Shown: one piece after another, positions 60,767 through 64,000 of the stretch
How positions within the stretch are numbered: position 1 is the stretch's first letter
How the letters are laid out: each line of letters begins with the position of its first letter
Assembly (NCBI GenBank): GCA_965287045.1
Contig: OZ336880.1
Coordinates: 36,208,001 to 36,272,000, forward strand
Direction: 5' to 3'
DNA length: 64,000 nucleotides
Origin: Carcharhinus amblyrhynchos
Taxonomy: Eukaryota
The notes under the pieces: generated by a model
Databases searched by the model: none
Seen by the model: only the letters and a program-made list of their open reading frames with translations
What the model was told of the DNA's origin: nothing
Translations under genes and position numbers: made by a program

Positions 60767-60932
60767 TTTTCCGTCTATGAGGATTATTCAATCTGATCTG
60801 ACAGGCACGTTGGACGATGCCACTGTTGCTGGATACCCAATCCCATATAGATTGCGCCAGATTGAAGGTCACAACAGAATAGGGATCAATATTCTCAAAC
60901 CCACTAAACCTTTGTGGGCAGATTTTCTGAAG
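60767..60932 (+). CDS. Internal coding exon of an unidentified host gene (FPSMRIIQSDLTGTLDDATVAGYPIPYRLRQIEGHNRIGINILKPTKPLWADFLK)
   Basis: Strong acceptor gctttttattttgtAG and consensus donor AAG|GTGAGT. 166 nt; only one of three frames is open (1 nt + 55 codons); protein-like composition; not repeat-like. Confidence 0.8.
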
Positions 60933-60999
60933 GTGAGTGATGAGTACCATTCCTTCACCAATGGTCGCAAAATATAGGCAAAATATAGGCCCTTAGAGG

Positions 61000-61670
61000 A
61001 GCATAGGAACATGGGAATTTGGAGCAGAAATAGGCAATTCAGCCCTCCGAGCCTGTTCCGCCACCATTCAATTAAATCATGGCTGATCTCTTCTTTGTCT
61101 CAACTCTACTTCCCTACCTGTTCCCCGTATCCCTTTGATCAGAAATTTGCCTATCTCCTTCTCAAAACTATTTAATGATTCAGACCCCACTGCACTATTC
61201 ATCATCCGCTGTGAGACGGAGGCAATTTTCCCAGCTGGCTTTTGTAGAGAGATCGGCCCAGTCAGCGCTATGCTACCGGCCTCCCAGTGGGAATCGGCCC
61301 CACCCACAGACTTTTCTCATGATTCACACTACTGCACTCACTGAGTGATGCACAGAGCGTGGGAGATTCACTTTGAAACTCTCGCTGAAAAAAAAGCAAC
61401 GGGATTTACTCCAGTTTTTACACAAATTTGACACTTCGAATTTTTTGGGAGAATCGCCCCCGTAATTTCTCCTCATCTTGGTTTTAAATCAACTGCCTCT
61501 TAACTTATACCTGTGACTCCTTGTACTAGATTGCCCCACATGGAGAAATATTTGGTCTACATTTACGTTATAAATCCCTTTTAGTATTTTATATACCTCA
61601 ATCAGATTCCCTCTCATCCTTCTAAACTCCAGCGAGTATAAACGCAAGCTATTTAATCTCTCCTGATATG
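61000..61670 (-). mobile_element. CR1 3' fragment with a MITE-like insert (~61180-61462)
   Basis: CR1 tail at ~61000 and CCCTCTCATCCTTCTAAACTCCAGCGAGTA (reverse of YSLEFRRMRG). Confidence 0.8.
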
Positions 61671-62584
61671 CCCCAGTTTATCTGGACAGTTAGCCTATAC
61701 AATGGTACTCACAATATACCTGTGAGAGCACTTGTATCTTGCTTTTCCTAAATCAGTGGTTTTCAACCTTTTTGCTGCTGCTCTAAATGCCTCTGGCTCT
61801 CCAGACCAGTGAAGTAACATCCTTTTGCCAATGGCCTGACCCAATATAATTTTGAGAACCTGGAACTGAAACTTTTCTCAGAGAAAAGAAAGTGCAGATT
61901 TGTTGAGGTGTTCAAAATCATAAGTGGTCAGGAGAAAGTGGATGGTGTCAGGAGAAAGGATGAGAACCAAAGGACATCAATTTGAGGTGATTGACATATG
62001 AAATTATGGCAACACAATGTTCTCCATTCACGGTCTCTGTGGAAACAGGATGTTACTCAGCTGGTATTCAGCCATTCTCCCTTTTAGTTCAATCATGAAC
62101 GAAGGCAAGGAAATGTTATTAGTGAATTAGAAGTATCCCAGCTACAGTCCATTATAGAAAAGTTCTATCAAAATAAAAAACTTTCATAGAACAATTGTTT
62201 GTTTTCTGTGGTGAGGTGCCTGTGATCAGGCAGACGACTTCCCACTGTTGTGTGATTTAAATTAGGAACTCACCAGTGTGTGGGGAAGGCAGGCTCTGAA
62301 CTGGAACCCTTTACTCAATAGCCCAGAATGTTGCAGTGTTCTGGGGAAAGAAAACCCTCTTAGCAAGTCATCAATTGGCTTTATGGGTTTTGAAAGAAGT
62401 TAGTGAGTAACACTGTTTTACCTCCAACCTTCACACTGAAATCATACTGACAGGGCATATGTTCAACAAAATACATTGCATGTATATAGCACATTCAGTA
62501 TGGAATCTGCTCCAAATAATCTTATAGAGGAGATGTTAAAAATGAGGAATTGATAAGCAAATGGACATCAGCTATGAAGAGAGT

Positions 62585-63312
62585 AATAAGAAGGGACCAG
62601 AGATGGCAGATGAAATTTAATGCAGAGGAGTGTGAAGTGATTAATTTTGCTAGGAAGAACAATGAGAGACAAAAAAGTGTACAATTCTAAAGGGGGTGCA
62701 GGAGCAAAGGCAGCTTGGGGTGGATGTATGTAAATCATTGAAGGTACCAGGGCAAGTCGAGAAAGCAGTTAATGAAGCATTCTGGATCCCAGACCATACA
62801 AATACGGACATACAATTCAAAAGCAAGGACATTATGATAAATCTGCATAAAATATTGTTTCAGCATCATGTAGAGTATGGTGTTCCATGCTTGAGGAATG
62901 ATGTGCAGACATTAAAGTGAATGCAAAAAAGATTCATGAGAATGGTTCTGGGAATGAGATCCTTTAGATTGGAGCATTTGGAGAACAACAAATAAAGTGG
63001 AGATATGATAAAGTTTTCAAAATTGTGAGCGGTCAGGCTAGAGTAGATCGGGGGAAACATTTTTCATTGGCAAAAGGCTTGAGAAGCAGAGGGCACTATT
63101 TAAAATGGTTGACATAAGAAGCAATGGTGATATGAAGACAACCTTTTATTGCACAGTAGTGAGTTGGATTTGGAATGCAATGCCTGAGAGTATGATGAGG
63201 AAATCGAGTTCTTCCAAAGAGAATTGAAAAGAAAGAAGAAATGTAGGACTGTAGGACTAAGATGGAGGAATGGATCTAGGTGAATTGTTCTTGCAGCCAG
63301 CATAGGCACAAT
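62585..63312 (+). mobile_element. Old CR1 3' portion
   Basis: WQMKFNAEECEVINF, QEQRQLGVDVCKSLKV and GDMIKFSKL remnants. Confidence 0.8.
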
Positions 63313-63313
63313 G

Positions 63314-63575
63314 GGTGGCATGGTGGCACAGTGGTTAGCATTGCTGCCTCAGACTGCCAGCAACCTGGATTCAATTCCAGCCTGTGTCTGCATTTGTTTC
63401 CTCTGAGTGTTCCCGTTTCCTCCCATAGTCCAAAGATGTGCAGGTTAGGTTGATTGGTCCTGCTAAATTACCTCTTAATGTACAAATATCTATAGGTTTA
63501 GGGGGAGCAGGATAAATATGTGGGGTTACAGGAATAAGACCCGAGTAGGATGACCTGTCGGAGAGTTGATGCCAT
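63314..63575 (+). mobile_element. V-SINE
   Basis: GGTGGCATGGTGGCACAGTGGTTAGCATTGCTGCCTCA head and V-domain. Confidence 0.85.
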
Positions 63576-64000
63576 CCTTTATATCAAACATACATCCTGA
63601 GCAATTTTGCAGTTCCCCATTGCACTATAATTGAAGATCCTTGGACTGTGGTCTTCCAACAATGAACCTTTGCACCAACTGACCTAAACTTTAGAGAGTT
63701 CCTCAGTTCGAGGTCAGTGCACAGATAGCATGCACACAAAAGTGGCTATCAGAATGACATTAGGTGCATTTTTTCCTCAGTCTGAAGGTTTGTACTTCAT
63801 TTTAATCTCTTGCATATTAGAGCACTGAAGCAGTCCATTGACTGTCCATGAGTAATCCAGAGACCCAGGGTAACCCTCTGGGAATCCATGTTTGAAACAG
63901 GAGCACCTGGAGATCATACACAGATAAAATATAGGAGAGTGGGTACAACATTTGGAGCATAATTGGTTCTAAATTTGCAATTGATAACCCAGGCCAGCAT

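Noticed and set aside
61753-61780. CAGTGGTTTTCAACCTTTTT, an hAT/Charlie-like terminus
   Set aside because: No matching second terminus or TSD found; too short to annotate.
1291-63575. tRNA genes suggested by A/B-box motifs
   Set aside because: All are SINE heads followed by V-domain or LF-like bodies; none forms a complete cloverleaf.

Overview
Eukaryotic, repeat-dominated genomic DNA. The repeat complement points to a cartilaginous fish, most likely a shark: HE1/V-type tRNA SINEs, many CR1/HER1-like LINEs, Deu- and LF-SINE-like elements, Tx1, Rex1/Babar, Penelope, Gypsy, and abundant PIF/Harbinger remnants and MITEs. The taxon is an inference. No complete host gene is present. One well-formed + strand coding exon (60767-60932) and two weaker exon candidates suggest that most of the window is a very large intron with several repeat-free, CNE-like islands. 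Almost all ORFs in the supplied track are transposon fragments or spurious. The most unusual items are: (i) a rearranged, internally duplicated U2 snRNA-derived module with AATAAA and an A-tail inside a probable Harbinger MITE; (ii) a young CR1 LINE whose 3' UTR contains a decayed V-SINE; (iii) two V-SINE subfamilies that share a head but carry CR1-type versus Rex1-like tails; (iv) a TSD-flanked Penelope mini-insert with a hammerhead ribozyme core; and (v) a three-layer nested CR1 cluster next to a young CR1 with an uninterrupted 406-aa RT ORF. Family assignments come from recalled motifs, not database searches. Boundaries of old elements are approximate.
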